DNA from: Octopus vulgaris
Taxonomy: Eukaryota
Assembly (NCBI GenBank): GCA_951406725.2
Contig: OX597814.1
Coordinates: 70,060,001-70,124,000, forward strand
DNA length: 64,000 nucleotides
Direction: 5' to 3'
This document shows, piece by piece, positions 13,640 through 37,163 of the stretch (position 1 is the stretch's first letter; each line of letters begins with the position of its first letter). Position numbers and translations under genes: made by a program. Below the pieces are notes generated by a model. The model worked only from the letters and a program-made list of their open reading frames with translations, was not told the origin of the DNA and made no database searches.

Positions 13640-14690
13640 AATACAAAGAAAGCTCATCAGACAGATTAAAGAGAAACCTCTGCATGCCAATTTTGTATAG
13701 TCACCGAAGACATATGTAGAACAAAATCCTGGGCTTGGTTAAAAAAAGAAACAGAGAGCCTTATTGTAGCAGCCCAAGCTCAAGTGATAAGAACAACTCA
13801 TATATATGGAGAGAATATGTCAGAAAAATGTAGAGCCTGTGGAATTTGGAACGAGACAGTGGCACACATGGTGACAGAATGCTCTAAGTTGGCACTGGAA
13901 GAATATAAGAAATGGAGACACGACTAGGTTGTAAAAGTTACACACTGGATACTGCTAGTAATGAGGATTTGATGCTGGAAACACATGGCACAGTCATTGA
14001 GTCGGAAGAGTACTGGAGTCAGAGAAATGTAAGATTTTGTGAGACTTTCCTATTCAAACAGAAGAAATTAGGAAATAATAAACCAGACATAATGGTTATA
14101 GATAAGGAAAAGCAAACTTGCTTGCTTATCAACCCATCATGCCTGTCTAACATGCTCTCTTTGTATCATTGTTATTATTGCTGCTCTGCTACTACTACAT
14201 TGCTGTTGCTCTTATCGATATTTTTATTGGTACCACTAGTCGTATTATGAAAGTAATTATCCCCATCATTAGAATGGCTGTTAGCCAAAGTAATAGGAAT
14301 ATGCTCAATGTAATTATTTCTGCTATTAGGGTTAATATTAGTATTATTATTATTGTAAAGAAATAGGAAGGAAAACTAAGAAAATACAGTCCCTTAAAAT
14401 TTAGAATAGAAAACATTTGGAGCATGTGAGCAGTAAAGGTCATGCCTGTAACAATTGATGAATTGGGAACAGTAAGCAAAGATATAAACAAATAGCTGAG
14501 AGAGATTGAACTGGAATGCCCAGTAGAGTTCCTATAGAAAGTTTGTCTCTTAGGCACAGCAAGGATTATCAGGAGGATTCTAAGCACATGAAAGATTGCC
14601 GAAAACTTCTGGATACCTAAGGTTACAGGTAGTAACCCACTATCCACATAAATCCTACCAGGAATAAGACCGAACCTGAGCTAGACCAAG
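13640..14690 (+). mobile_element. R4/Dong-like (RLE-type) non-LTR 3' fragment
   Basis: KEKPLH, ETESLIVAAQ, CRAC..ETVAHMVTEC, RHD and KPDIMVIDK motifs. Interrupted by an inverted local duplication. Confidence 0.75.
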
Positions 14691-14959
14691 ATGATAACAG
14701 CAGCATTACCTCAAGTAACAGCCACAGTAATAGACCTTCTGATGCAAACCAATAGGATACTGCTTCCTATAATCTCTCTCTGGAATCTAAAATATCTATG
14801 ATGACATTTATGAATCAGTATGACATTTATGAATCAGGCTATAGTAGAAGACACTTGCCCAAGGTGCCACGCAGTGGGACTGAACCCGGGGGGAAAAATA
14901 TGGAGTCGATGCAGGAATCAGAATTCATAGATCTAAGAATATATCTATTGAGCCCCAAT

Positions 14960-15163
14960 GACATTATAAAATGCTTTATAACAAAATTATCAGTACAATA
15001 GTTGACCAAATAAAAGCACGATATTCATCCTTAGAAGAGTTTAAATTCATGGAACTTTCGAATTTCAACAAATTTGATGAGTATTGCAAACAATTTAAAA
15101 ATCATGGGTACTATTTAAGAAAAACATTGCATGCCCAGCCTCGGAAGTCACCGCACGCCACTG
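14960..15163 (+). mobile_element. Possible hAT-type transposon fragment with terminus
   Basis: IISTIVDQIKARYSSLEEFKFMEL resembles hAT C-terminal segments. Ends in gcacgccactg (reverse complement CAGTGGCGTGC). Confidence 0.4.
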
Positions 15164-15189
15164 GTGGCTACAATCCAGCCTACCTCTAC

Positions 15190-15605
15190 TTCTGGGGGGA
15201 CATTTTAAATTTTTATCCGGGACGTCCTATGCCCCAGATATAAAGGTAAAAATAAAATATTTCCACTTTGCAAGGTTCAAGTCGAGTACTCCCTTGCATG
15301 CTCCGTTGACTTGAACCTTGCTTCTGTTGTGGCGAATTTACCGCCTCTGGTTAGATATCTTTCATAGTCGCACCAAGACACTTTTTGATGGTGCTTTCCT
15401 CCAGGTGTTCAAATCTTTTTTTTTTCTCTACATTGTATACTTTATAGACAATAGTCTTTACTTTAATTTAATTTTTTATTTCGTTTGGTGGTGTTATCCT
15501 AGATTCACCATCTTTGTCAGTGATCAATCCGAAATAGGTTTGTATTTCTTCCATTTTAATTTTAATGAGTTTGCGCCCGCCAACGGCTGCAGCAAAATTC
15601 ATTTT
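15190..15605 (-). pseudogene. Second L1/Tx1-like ORF1 fragment
   Basis: Minus strand gives KTIVYKVY..LTRGGKF..ILFLPLYLGHR, homologous to the 6402 ORF (RTVVLKIY..LSKGG..ILFLPTYEGRR). Confidence 0.6.
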
Positions 15606-16329
15606 TGGACTTTCTTTTATCGAAGGCATTCTAACAAAAATGCTTCCATGTAAACGGTGAAAATATTGTCAATTTCCCCAAACAGGGACACAATTCAATT
15701 TTTAAATAATAACCAAAGCTCCTTCTCCCAAAGGGGGAGGGTTACAGTTTACAATTATTTAACAAATGCAACACAACAACGTTTGACTGCAGTCATGCTG
15801 GAGTACTGCATTTAGTCGAACAAATCAATCCCAGGATTTATTCTTTGTAAGTCTAGCACTTATTCTATTGGTCTCTTTTGCCGAACCGCTAAGTGACGGG
15901 GACATAAACACACCAGCATCGATTGTCAAGCAATGCTAGGGTGACAAACACACATACACATATATATACATATATACGACAGGCTTCTTTCAGTTTCTGT
16001 CTACCAAATCCACTGACAAGGCATTGGTCAGCCCAGGGCTATAGCAGAAGACATTTGCCCAAGATGCCACGCAGTGGGACTGAACCCGGAACCATGTGGT
16101 TGGTTAGCAAGCTACTTACCACACAGCCACTCCTGTGTCTATGTTACGATTATATTATACTTTAGTTTGATTTTAATTATTACTTACTACATATAATTCA
16201 AATGTTATTATTATCTCTAATTTTTATTGTTAAAGTGAAAGTATCTGACATAAAATAGAGAAATGTTTTTGTTTCACGTTTTAACACGTAATACTGAAAT
16301 AGTGGAGAAGATATGATATTGCTATGGGC

Positions 16330-16478
16330 TTGCCCTAGGCAAGAAGTTGAACATTTTTTTTGCCATGAAACTACACGGACCCTAAGTAAGGCATGTGTAA
16401 AATTCAAATGAAATTGGTTGTGTAGTTCTCACATAGACAGACAGACACACATTCTCAGTTTTATATATATATGGAGAT
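16330..16478 (-). mobile_element. Short Helitron-like repeat (inverted relative to the copy at 19710-19880)
   Basis: Reverse complement matches A|TCtataaatataaaactgagaatgtgtgtct...cacatgccttacttagggtcc. Confidence 0.55.
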
Positions 16479-16479
16479 G

Positions 16480-17953
16480 AGTGAAACTCATTCAAGTAAT
16501 AGCTGAAAACAGTATAATAAACATTCTAGAGTCTATCCCATCTATAATTAGTATTTGATGTCTCCTCCTTTTGCTTTAATAACTGCTTTTATACATTTTT
16601 GTGCATACTTGAGACTAAGTTGGTGCAAGTGGCTGGGTCAATTTTCTGCCACACTTCATAAATTTTGTCTTCTAATTCTCTTTTTGAAAAACATTTGTGC
16701 ATCCTTGCTCTTGTACCTGAGTGTGACTGCAACTGTTCAATGGGACTGAGATCTGGAAACTGAGGGGACCGTTTCATCACTGTCATCTCTTTCTCCTCAG
16801 ACCAACCCATTGAGACTGGATGTATGGCATGTAAATTGTCATGAAAGATTACACCGTCTGGGATGTTATCGCTGTAAATTTTAGCTAAGGAAGGTTGATA
16901 AACTTGATCTAACATGCTGGTGTAAGTGTTGGAATTCATTGAACAAGGGAACAACATTTGTGGGCCTGAAGGTGACATGCAATCCCAAACCATTGTGCTT
17001 CCTCCTCCAAATTTGATTGTTGGGGCCACACATCCAAGATGATAAGCTTCTCCAACTCTACAGTGAACATAAACAGCTCCGGGGGTTTCAAAGATCTGAG
17101 GAGAAAAACAAAAATTTACTGATTATTTTTGGTATCTAATAAAAAAATTTGTACAAGTGTAAGAATTTCAATTATGCCTTGTAAAATGACAGAAATGAAA
17201 GTGAAAACCTACCTGAAAGTTACTTTCATCAGACCGAACAACTCTAGCCCAATCATCATCAGTGCCAATCTTCATGCTCTTATGCCCAAGAAATCACTTA
17301 TTCATAAACACCTCAGACAACAATGGCTTCTTTCTGGCCTTACATCCTTTGAACCCAGCTTCTAATAACCTTCTTCTCACAGTGTGAGTTGATATCCCCT
17401 TGTTTGTTGCCACCCGAAACTCAGCAGTTATGTCAGAGGTCGTCTTTTTCCTATCTGCCAGAGATGTCCTCTTCAGCAACCTGTCTTCCCTCATGGTTGT
17501 ATACTATTTGTGACCTCGTCCTTTATGGTGTTTAGGACACATTTTCTCAAGTATTTCAATTTTCTTGCAATTTCAACTTGGGAGAATCCTTCACTTGATA
17601 ATGCAATGATTTGAGCCCTTTGAACTTCAGGAATCTATTTCTTCAGAGACATTTTCAACAAATATTAACTACTGATAAGTTAGCAATATGATATTCACTG
17701 AAAGAATTGGAAAAAATGTTAGTGTCACACAATGAGTGGCAGAAAATTGACCCAGCCACTTGTGCCAACAAATTTCAAGTGTGTAATAGTGCATAAAAGC
17801 AGTTGTAAAGGCAAAGAAAAAAAAAAAGATACATCAAATACTAGTTATTGATGGGATAGACTCTAGATTGCTTGTTATACTGTTTTCAATTATTGAGTTT
17901 CAATCATATTCTCTATTTTTTCATACCTGCTCCATAATTTTGGCCAGCGCTAT
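16480..17953 (-). mobile_element. Tc1-like transposon, degenerate, with long inverted repeats and an intron
   Basis: REDRLLKR..TVRRRLLEAG, SDESNF, KFGGGSTMVW, FHDN, PDLSPIE. Inverted repeats at about 16480-16655 and 17735-17905. GT-AG intron at 17096-17212. Confidence 0.88.
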
Positions 17954-18497
17954 ATATCTGAACCTCTTTATTTCATTTTAGTTTTATTCTAGAATGATCC
18001 AGAGAGTACTGTATCCATCATTCTTGTTGGTCTATATAAATGTAATCACCATAATTTGAAACCACTTTGTTACCCGCCAATGCATGAAACTCTCAGCCAT
18101 TGAGTTACTCTGTTACTTCTGAAATTAATAAAACTGTGTGTGTGTGCCTTTAGAAGGTTATTTATGACCAGTCAGTGAGTAACAATTGGATTTGCATCTA
18201 CAAGAGCTTAGCTGTATAGGTGACTCATCACACTCAAATGGGAGTCTGATGAATTGCCTATACATCTAAGCACTCATAGGTGCAAAATCAATTGTCATTC
18301 TCTAATCCACCATAAACAAAAAAAGACACTCTAAAACATTAGAGCAATAGTATATTTATGCTACTGCTCTAATGTTTTAGTCTTTTTTTTTTTCAGATCT
18401 ATAATCTACTGACCGATATATATATATATATATGAAAATGTGTTGCTGAAAATGCACTTAAATTTCAAAAACTCGTGAATGTTTAAAATACATTTAG

Positions 18498-19690
18498 TTT
18501 TTGTTTATCAATGGTAAAAGTGTAAAAACATCGTTATAGGTTTCAATGTGGACAAATCAAAATTAAATTAAAATATTTCAATGTTGATAAATTATCATGT
18601 TCAAAACAGAAGGTGTTAGTTTGAAATTAAAATTATATTAATTTGTTAGAATGTACAAGGTTCATTAATTTCAGTGGTGGTGGACAAGTCATACTGAAAG
18701 AAATTGAGAATTGAAATAGTAAAAGAAAGGGGAAATTGCGGTTTCTCAGATCTTTAAACAGTCGGTTCTGCATGTAATGGTATGTTTTAGGGAAAGATGT
18801 ATTTATAAATTTTTTTCTCCAAGTGGATCTGATTTTGATTCTCTAAAAAATTGGTGATGTTTTTCTTCTGTGGTCAAGCTTGTCATTCTGCTTGGTTGGT
18901 TTCTTTGCAGGATACGGTTATAGGTCATTCCGGTTGGTTGATTTTCTTAAAGAGTCTTTTTGTTGTATTTGTTGAAGTTCGGTTTCGATTGGTTTATATT
19001 TTTTAATCAGCTAAATTAACCACAGCTAAATATCCTTTAGTAAGAAGAAAAAGCAGTATAAAGAAGAGAAAAAACACCTAATTTCAACACAAAGAACAAT
19101 AAAACTTTATTAACAATCTTCCACCCAGGTTTCGAAAACCACAGCTCCAATTCACCACATAAATATAAGATGCTGACGTCACATAATTTCAAACCAATCT
19201 AAACAGAACTTCAACAAATACCACAATAAAATCCTTTAAGAAAACCAACCAACCATGTCCTGCAAAGAAACCAACCAAGCAGAACGACATCATCAATTTT
19301 TTAATGAAGCAAAATCAGATCCGCTCGCAGAAAAAAAATTTATAAATGCATCTTTCCTTAAAACATACCATTACATGTGGAACCAACTGTTTAAAGATCT
19401 GAGAAACTGTAATTTCCCCCTTTTTTTACTATTTCAATTCTCAGTTTTTTTTCAGTATGACTTGTCGACCACCACTGAAATTGATGAACCTTCAACATGA
19501 TAATTTATCAACATTGAAATATTATAATTTAATTTTGATTTGTCCACATTGAAACTTATAACGATGTTTTTACACTTTTACCATTGATAAACAAAAAATA
19601 TTGAAATATTTTAATTTAATTTTGATTTGTCCACATTGAAACTTATAATGATGTTTTTACACTTTTACCATTGATAAGCAAAAAATATTG
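18498..19690. repeat. Large inverted duplication (18498-18995 / 19191-19596) plus a tandem copy at 19599-19690
   Basis: The arms are reverse complements by direct comparison. Confidence 0.85.
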
Positions 19691-20440
19691 TTGAAATTAG
19701 TTTGGTACATCTATAAATATAAAACTGAGAATGTGTGTCTATCTGTCTGTGTGAATCCCTAAAACTTGAGAACTACGCAACCAATTTCATTCAAATTTTA
19801 CACATGCCTTACTTAGGGTCCATGTAGTATACTTTGATACTTTGATAGGTTTCGGCCATTATTGGCCCAGGCCATGTCTAACTTAATAGCACCACATGGG
19901 TATATGTATAGATGTATTTCTATAGATATACATGTATGTTTAGATGTATATATATAGAGATGTACATGTAATATGTACGCATATATATATATATATATAT
20001 ATATATGCATACATTTATACACCCATACACACACACACACACATACATAGGTGCAGGTGTAGCTGTGTGGTAACAAACTTGGTTCCAAAACACATGGTCC
20101 TCAGTTCAGTCCCACTGTGTGGTAACTTGGCATGTCTTCTGCTATAGCCTCAGACCAACCAAATCAGTGGATTTTGTAGACAGAAACTGAAAGAAATCAA
20201 TTGTATGTATATGTATATATGTAAGTCTATGTGTGTGTCTTTGTGTTTCTCCCTCATCACTGCTTCATAACTGGTGTTTGTTTATTTACATCCCTATAAC
20301 TTACTGGTTTCACAAGAAGAAACTGATAGAATAAGTACCAGGCTTATCAAAATATAAAAAAGCAGTACGCAGTGTCTCATATTTTTTTTGCCCACTCAGT
20401 TGTATCTATCAATTTATCTTTTTGTGTGTGTATGTGTATA

Positions 20441-22006
20441 CAAAAAGAAAGGTGACCATGGTGATTGTAACAATTACCATGGAATATGTCTTCTAAGCAC
20501 TGTTGGAAAGGCCTTTGCTCACATTATCCTGTCCAGGCTGCAACTGCTTGCTTCTCAAATTTATCCAGAATCGCAGTGTGGCTTTAGAAGAAGCATATCA
20601 ACTATTGACATGATATTCTCCATACACCAGGAGAAGTCCAGTGAGCAGAAAATGCTATTATATATGGCCTTCATTGATCTGACAAAGGCCTTTGACTTGG
20701 TAAGTAGAAAAGGCCTCTCCAAAAAATCCTGCTCCAAAAAATCGGATGTCCACGAAAGCTGCTGAGGGTCATAAAATCTTTCCATGATGATATGCAAGGC
20801 ACCATACAGCACAATGGTTCAACATCAGCCGCCTTCCAAATAAAAAATGGGGTAAAGCAAGGTTGTGTCCTGGCTCCTACATTATTTGGCATCTTCTCAC
20901 TGCTGCTGTCACATGCTTTTGGACATCAGATGATGGAGTGTTTCTGCACAGTAGAAGTGATGGGAAACTGTTCAATCTCTCGTGTCTGTGTGCCAAGACC
21001 AAAATCAGAAGTGTCCTGATCAAGGAGATGCTATTTGCTGATGATGCCGCTCTGGTATCACAGAGAAGAAGCCCTACAAAGGCTCATCAACTGTTTTGAG
21101 CAAGCATGTATCAACTTTGGCTTAGTTATCAGCCTGAAGAAAACCAACATCATGGGTTAGGCTACATCGAACATCCCAAACATACATATTGGAGGCCACA
21201 GACTACAGGAGGTGGAGAAGTTTACCTATCTTGGCTCTACTGTCACCTACAACCTATCCCTTGATTCTGAGCTCAATATACGCATTGGCAAGGCAGCTAC
21301 TGTGATAGCCCAACTCTCCAAACGGGCATGGGACAACAATAAGCTGACCAAGACCACAAAAATTAAGATTTACCAGGCATGTGTACTTAGCACTCTACTG
21401 TATGGAAGTGAGACTTGGACACCATACACACGCCAAGAGCATCGCCTAAATATCTTTCACCTGTGCTGCCTCCAGAAAGTCCTTTGCATCAAATGGCAGA
21501 ATCATGTCCCCAACAAAGATGTCCTCAAGCAAGCAGGAATACCAAGCATGTTTGCACTCCTCACACTAGGATGTATGAGATGGCTTTGACACGTTAGCCG
21601 TATGGAAGATGGCAGAATCCCCAAGGACATACTCAACGGAGAGCTTGCTAGGGGCACTAGGTCTGTGGGAAGACCATTCTTACAATACAAGGATGTTTGC
21701 AAAAGGGACATGAATGCCTGCAACATCAATATTACCAACTGGGAAGCAGTTGCCAGCAACTGTGGAGATTGGCGACGTACCGTAAAAGAGGGAACAGGAA
21801 AAGACGTCAACAAGAAACTATGACATTACAACCAGCCAGGCAAAGTCTTCACTACATTTGCGGCACCTGCCAGAGGGAGTGTTTGTCCAGGATAGGACTA
21901 CACAGCCACAGCAGGAGATGTATTAGGACATGAAATGTAAAAGCCGAACTAGATTATTTTATGCGCAACTCCATTGTCTCCTGAGACAAAAAGGATGCCA
22001 ACAACA
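20441..22006 (+). mobile_element. RTE/BovB-like LINE, 5'-truncated, degenerate
   Basis: KKGD..CNNYHGICLLS, AFIDLTKAFD, GVKQGCVLAP, LFADDAAL, LLYGSETW, C-terminal CGTC..HSH zinc finger, (CAA)n tail. Confidence 0.9.
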
Positions 22007-23919
22007 ATATATATGGATTTCGTAGACAGGAACTGAAACAAATCAATCGTATATATATGTATGTATACATGTAAGTCTATGTGTGTGTCTTTTCGTTTCT
22101 CCCTCATCACTGCTTCACAACTACTGTTCATTTATTTACATCCACATAACTTACTGGTTTCACAAGAACAAACTAATAGAATAAGTACCAGGCTTATCAA
22201 CATAAAAAAAAGCACTAGGCTGTGTCTCATATTATTGTTTGCCCACTCAGTTGTATCCATCAATTTATCTTTGTGTGTGTGTGTATATCTATATCTATGT
22301 CACCCTAATGGAAGCCTTAACTCCCAGATTTTAGTCATTTCTTTTATGATCCAAAACTAAGTCAAAAGTACTGAATGGATCTTTATGAAATTTGGAAATT
22401 ATATTCTATGCATAAGGGCCATAACCCCCATGACAATTCATATATTTTTGCTGTTGATGAAATTTTAATCATAGATATTAGACACAAATGAAGTAATATT
22501 TATAAAATTTCATCTTCTTACAAGTCAGAAAAACCCCCCCATGGGGACTTGTCATTTTATCTAAGCAAAAACGAATGCAGTTGTGCTCTTGGAAGCTGTA
22601 GGGTTACCCGAGCATAAAAGTTGAGCATTATTTCTACTTCAATGGTACAACAGTGTAACAGTTTGCTTTGACATACACTTACATTGTGATTTCTGCAATG
22701 TGGTGCATAAATTGTCAAGTAAATGAGAGGCATCTTTGCCTCCACTGATTCAGTTGCAAAGTGTTGAGTAAAGTTATTTCATTGCAGACCTTTCAGTCTT
22801 TTTATTATCACTGGATCACACATAGTCCCCAGACGGTAACATTGATTTCAATGCCTTCCCAGATGAGTGACTGGTTATTCAAAGACATTTATAGATTGTA
22901 AATTTATTCTGTCCAGTTACGTATCAGTATAGTCGTCATTTGCAAACTCCAGAGGTGACACTTTCATTTCTCCTTAGCCTTCATGTCACACAGTTGTTAA
23001 TGTTTATTTCAGTTGGGTTACACCCTTCCAATTGCTATAGATTCGTAATGCATCTTACAGCTGTGCCTGTCACCTGGATGGTGAGGAATCCTACATTGGG
23101 AGTGGTAACAACTAGGGTAGGGTAACTGACTGCTTATTCATCTTTGCTCTCTTTTACAAACCCAGTGAACATATATTTCCTATTTCAAAGAAATTCAAAC
23201 AATAGATATATGACCCAAGTTAAAAAGATTCTCAACAATTCAACTTCTCTGGTTGACATTAAGATGCCCACCCCCAACAGGGGCCTTAACTCTCACATTT
23301 TAAAGTTCCATGACCTTCATTTTTCAGAAGCAAAAATGTTCAGATAAGCAATCTTGTTTTTTAGCCTAGTACATCTAAACCTTTCTTTTTTCAGTGCAGA
23401 TCATAATTACCTTATCAGTTCATTTCATTATTCTATTTCATTTTCTATGTAAACACAGTTTTGTTTTCCACGCTGTATGTTTTAAAAAAAGGAAGCTTAA
23501 GATCACTTCACTCAATCCAACTCTCCCTCTTTCTTCCTCCCTTTCACACTCATTTATTATTATCACTTATTCATTCATTTATCTAATTTTGTCACAGTTT
23601 GGCTGATTGAAAATTCTTGGTTATTGCTCTAGTTAAGACTTTCAAATGCCAAATTCTATCTCATTATATCATAATATTCTCTTTTGGCTGTTTCACAGTG
23701 CGCCTGCCCTCACGACCTTCACCACCTGTACTGGAAGTCTCTATCTTCTGACCTCAATCAGATGTCTCTCCCATAAACACTTCTAAAGGCTTAATGTACC
23801 CCCTTTTCTACTTAGGGTTTATCTCCTATGTAATGTAGTGATAATGATGGTATAGTGTATGCAGTTTGAAGGCTATTGTATGTTCATGAGTTCTGCCAAA
23901 TGTGAGCTTTCTTTTCAAG

Positions 23920-25686
23920 TACATGACACTGCTGACCCCCATCCCAGGGTCTCATGGGCCCACATCTCTCATGCCCTCAGGGTTGGCACACTGAAAGGTA
24001 AGTCTGGTGAGATTGTTGAGATGCTTGAGCGGAAATGTGTAGATTTGTGCTGCATCCAAGAAGGAAGGTGTAGAGGAGCTTCTGCTAGGTTCCTCACAAG
24101 CAAAGAACATAGGTATAAGATTTTCTGAGCAGGGAGCCCTGACGGGTCGGGGGCAAGGTATACTTCTTGCAGAGAAATGGGTTGATAAAGTAATTGAGGT
24201 AGTCCATCTGTGATAGAATACTTAAGATTACATTAGTGCTGCAACATGGGTTAGCAACCATTATCTCAGCCTATGCCTCTAGCCAGGGCTACCTGATGAA
24301 CAGAAGTACCAATTTTATGACACCCTCTTGCTGACTACCTCAAGGATGTACATGGATGCTGTCATTAAGGTGAGGGTTGGAAATGAGTACTGTGAAGAAT
24401 TCTGGGTAGGGGTAAGGGTCCACCAATGATCAGTCCTCAGGCCCTCTTATTCATCATAATTCTCCAGGCAATAACAGGGGAGGTTCTCTAATAGCTGAGT
24501 CACAAACAGAACTAGAGGAGAAGTTTCAGGCGTGGAAGCAAAGTCTAGAATTGAAGGGCTTTAGAGTCAACCTAGCAAAAACCAAAGTCTTAGTAAGTAG
24601 GAAGGCAAACAAATCACAAATCACTTTAAAAGTAGTTGATAGCTTCCATTACCAAGGTGACAAAGTCAGTAGTGGGATGAATGCTCTGAAAGTGTAGCTA
24701 CTGCAGGAAGAATAGCCTAGGCAAAGTTCAGAGAGCTCCTACCTCTGCTGGTGACAAAGAGTAAAAGGTAGACTGTATGACGCATGTGTGTGAACAGTCA
24801 TGCTACATGACAGTGAAACATGGGCAGTGACTGTTGAGGACATGCGTAAGCTTTCAAGGAATGAAGCCAGTATGCTCCGCTGGATGTGTAATGTCAGTGT
24901 GCATATACAACAGAGTACACTCTGTTATATATGCGCCCTGAGAGAAAAGTTGGACTTAAGAAGCATCAGAAGTTGTGTACAAGAGAGACGACTGTGCTGG
25001 TATGGTCATGTGTTGTGAATGGATGAGGACAGCTGTGTGAAAAAGTGTCATGCCCTAGCAGTAGAAGGAACCAGTGAAGAGGTAGACGCAGGATGACCTA
25101 GGATGACGTGGTGAAGCATGACCTTCAAACATTGGGCCTCAGTGAGGCAATGACAAGTGACCAAGACCTTTGGAGATATGCTGTGCTTGAGAAGTCCCGG
25201 CAAGCCAAGTAAGACCATAACTGTGGCCTATACCAGTGCAGCATAACCAGCCCATGTAAGATTACCCTTCAATCATTGGGCAATAAACTGCACTTGCAAA
25301 GACCTGTTGAAGCAAGTAAAATTGCTGTCATGGTCGATGACAGTACCACCTGATTGGCACCTCTGCCAGTGGCATGTTAAAAGCACCATTTGAGCATGAT
25401 CGTTGCCAGTTGCCCGTAAAAAGCACCATTCAAGCATGGTCATTGCCAGTGCTGCCTGACTGGCTCCTATGCTGATGGCACGTAAACAGCACCATTTGAG
25501 CATTGTTGATGCAAGTACTGCCTGACTGGCCTTCACGCTGGTGGCATGTAAAAAGCTCCCACTATAATCTCGGATTGGTTAGCAGATCAGATTGTAGCCT
25601 GATGCAGCCTTCTGGCTCGCCAGCCCTCAATCAAAGCATCCAACCCATGCCAGCATGGAACATGGACGATAAACAATGAGGATGAT
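23920..25686 (+). mobile_element. RTE-clade LINE, internally deleted and degenerate
   Basis: EN-like start homologous to 27698-28130 joined to the RT 3' part. Tail ggacgataaacaatgaggatgat. Confidence 0.85.
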
Positions 25687-25697
25687 CTATATGTATG

Positions 25698-35248
<9,551 letters not shown>

Positions 35249-35305
35249 ACATTATTGGTGAATTGAAGAAATGGAGCTGAACGCAGATTGAACAGAAATC
35301 GTTTT

Positions 35306-35397
35306 ATTTCATTCTACACGTGTTTCGAAAGGCACAAATTACCAAAATCCGATGGAATAATGGGACCATATTGTGTCTTTCTCTTCAGGAAGAAAAT
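35306..35397 (-). ncRNA. Type I hammerhead ribozyme, canonical core
   Basis: ttcttc-CTGAAGA-GAAAGaCACAA...TTGTGcCTTTC-GAAA-CACGTG-TA^gaatgaaa. Palindromic stem III. Confidence 0.78.
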
Positions 35398-36019
35398 AGG
35401 AAATCCGTTGGAAAAACAAAAACAGAACAGAGGCGGAGCAAAAACAAATCGAACTATGCTCCTAAGAGCCCATGGCGAAACTGTTTATCAGTGTATGTTG
35501 AGAACCGGTGGCTGAAGAATTCAACGGGTCAGGCATCGGTCAATCATGTGGGTGAGGGGGCGTAGATGTTCTTTGTGACCGAGAATAAAGTTCTGACTAT
35601 TTAAGGAATATTGGATGTTTTATAAGGGGCGAGAAAAAATCTACTTAGAGACGTGTGTGTGTGTATACTGTTCTATATACGTGTGTGTTGGCGTAGGGGT
35701 AGAAAACATTTTTTGTGTACGTGTGTGCGTTTGATCGTTCGGCTGTCAGTGGCTACTGCCGTGATGACCGTTGGGTGGCAGAAAAAAAAATATACATCAT
35801 GTTTTATGTGTGTGTGTGTTCTCATCTAAACCTGCCTTGTCAAGGAAACCCCCCGCTGTGAAAAAACCAAGCCCCGTTTGTCTTACAGGAGTAATTCCCC
35901 TTGCAGTGGTTAATCGTAGATATCTTATTACTTTTGTTATCTTTGACTGCGGTCACAAGCATCTTGGCTATCGTCCCCCTGGGGACGACGGCAAGTCCAT
36001 TTATCTTTCTACTCGAACA

Positions 36020-36392
36020 CAAGCACTCACTCACGCACGCACACTCATTCGCACGCACACACACTCATTCGTACACTCATACACATACATGCACGCGTTA
36101 TATTCATACATACATACATCTACATACATTCACATATATACACATACGTACGCGTACCTACAGATTCATGTCTACACGCTTACACATACATACCTCAATA
36201 CACCCACAGAAGACTAGTCCATACATATACACCAATAAATATATATACACATATACATATACACCTACATACACATACACATATATATATACGTATATAT
36301 ACATACATATACATACACCTATACATACATACATATATACACATACACACACCCACACATATACATATACATATATATACACACATACATAC

Positions 36393-36431
<39 letters not shown>

Positions 36432-36821
36432 CATACACATATACATGCGTACACATACACACACACACACGCGCGCATCCATATATACACATAAGTACAC
36501 ACATGCGTAAAAGTATACATATATTTATACATATGCTTACACATACACACACACACACGCGCCTCCTTATGTTCATATACTTACATGCATACTCAAAAAT
36601 AAATAATAAAATATATATACGTGCAGTTATTCATATACATACATGCATACTCAAAAAATAAATAATAAATATTAAATATATATACGTGCAGTTACCTATT
36701 ATACAGACGGATACATACATATAAACTTACACATATATACCTATTTACACATATGTATATATACATACATACATACATAACTCTACATACCTACATATAC
36801 ATAAACACACGAGCGTACACG

Positions 36822-36853
<32 letters not shown>

Positions 36854-36856
36854 CAT

Positions 36857-36915
<59 letters not shown>

Positions 36916-37130
36916 TACACACACATACATATACATACAAGCAAACATATACACACTTACACATACATATATACACACACTTACACACATATATATATAT
37001 ATATACATATACACACACATTCACATATATATATATATACACACACATACACATACACACATATATATATATACATACATATACACACATACACACACAC
37101 TCATATATATACATATACACACATATATAC

Positions 37131-37163
<33 letters not shown>

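Noticed and set aside
13275-13685. Hydrophobic ORFs resembling a membrane or mitochondrial protein (NUMT)
   Set aside because: They derive from AAT/AGT-rich low-complexity sequence, and no mitochondrial gene motif was recognised.
17213-17235. CTGATGA on the - strand as a hammerhead
   Set aside because: It encodes the SDES motif of the Tc1 transposase, with no GAAA or stems in register.
22560-23330. Possible Helitron Pif1 helicase remnant on the - strand
   Set aside because: Only faint resemblance; no clear helicase motif could be read.
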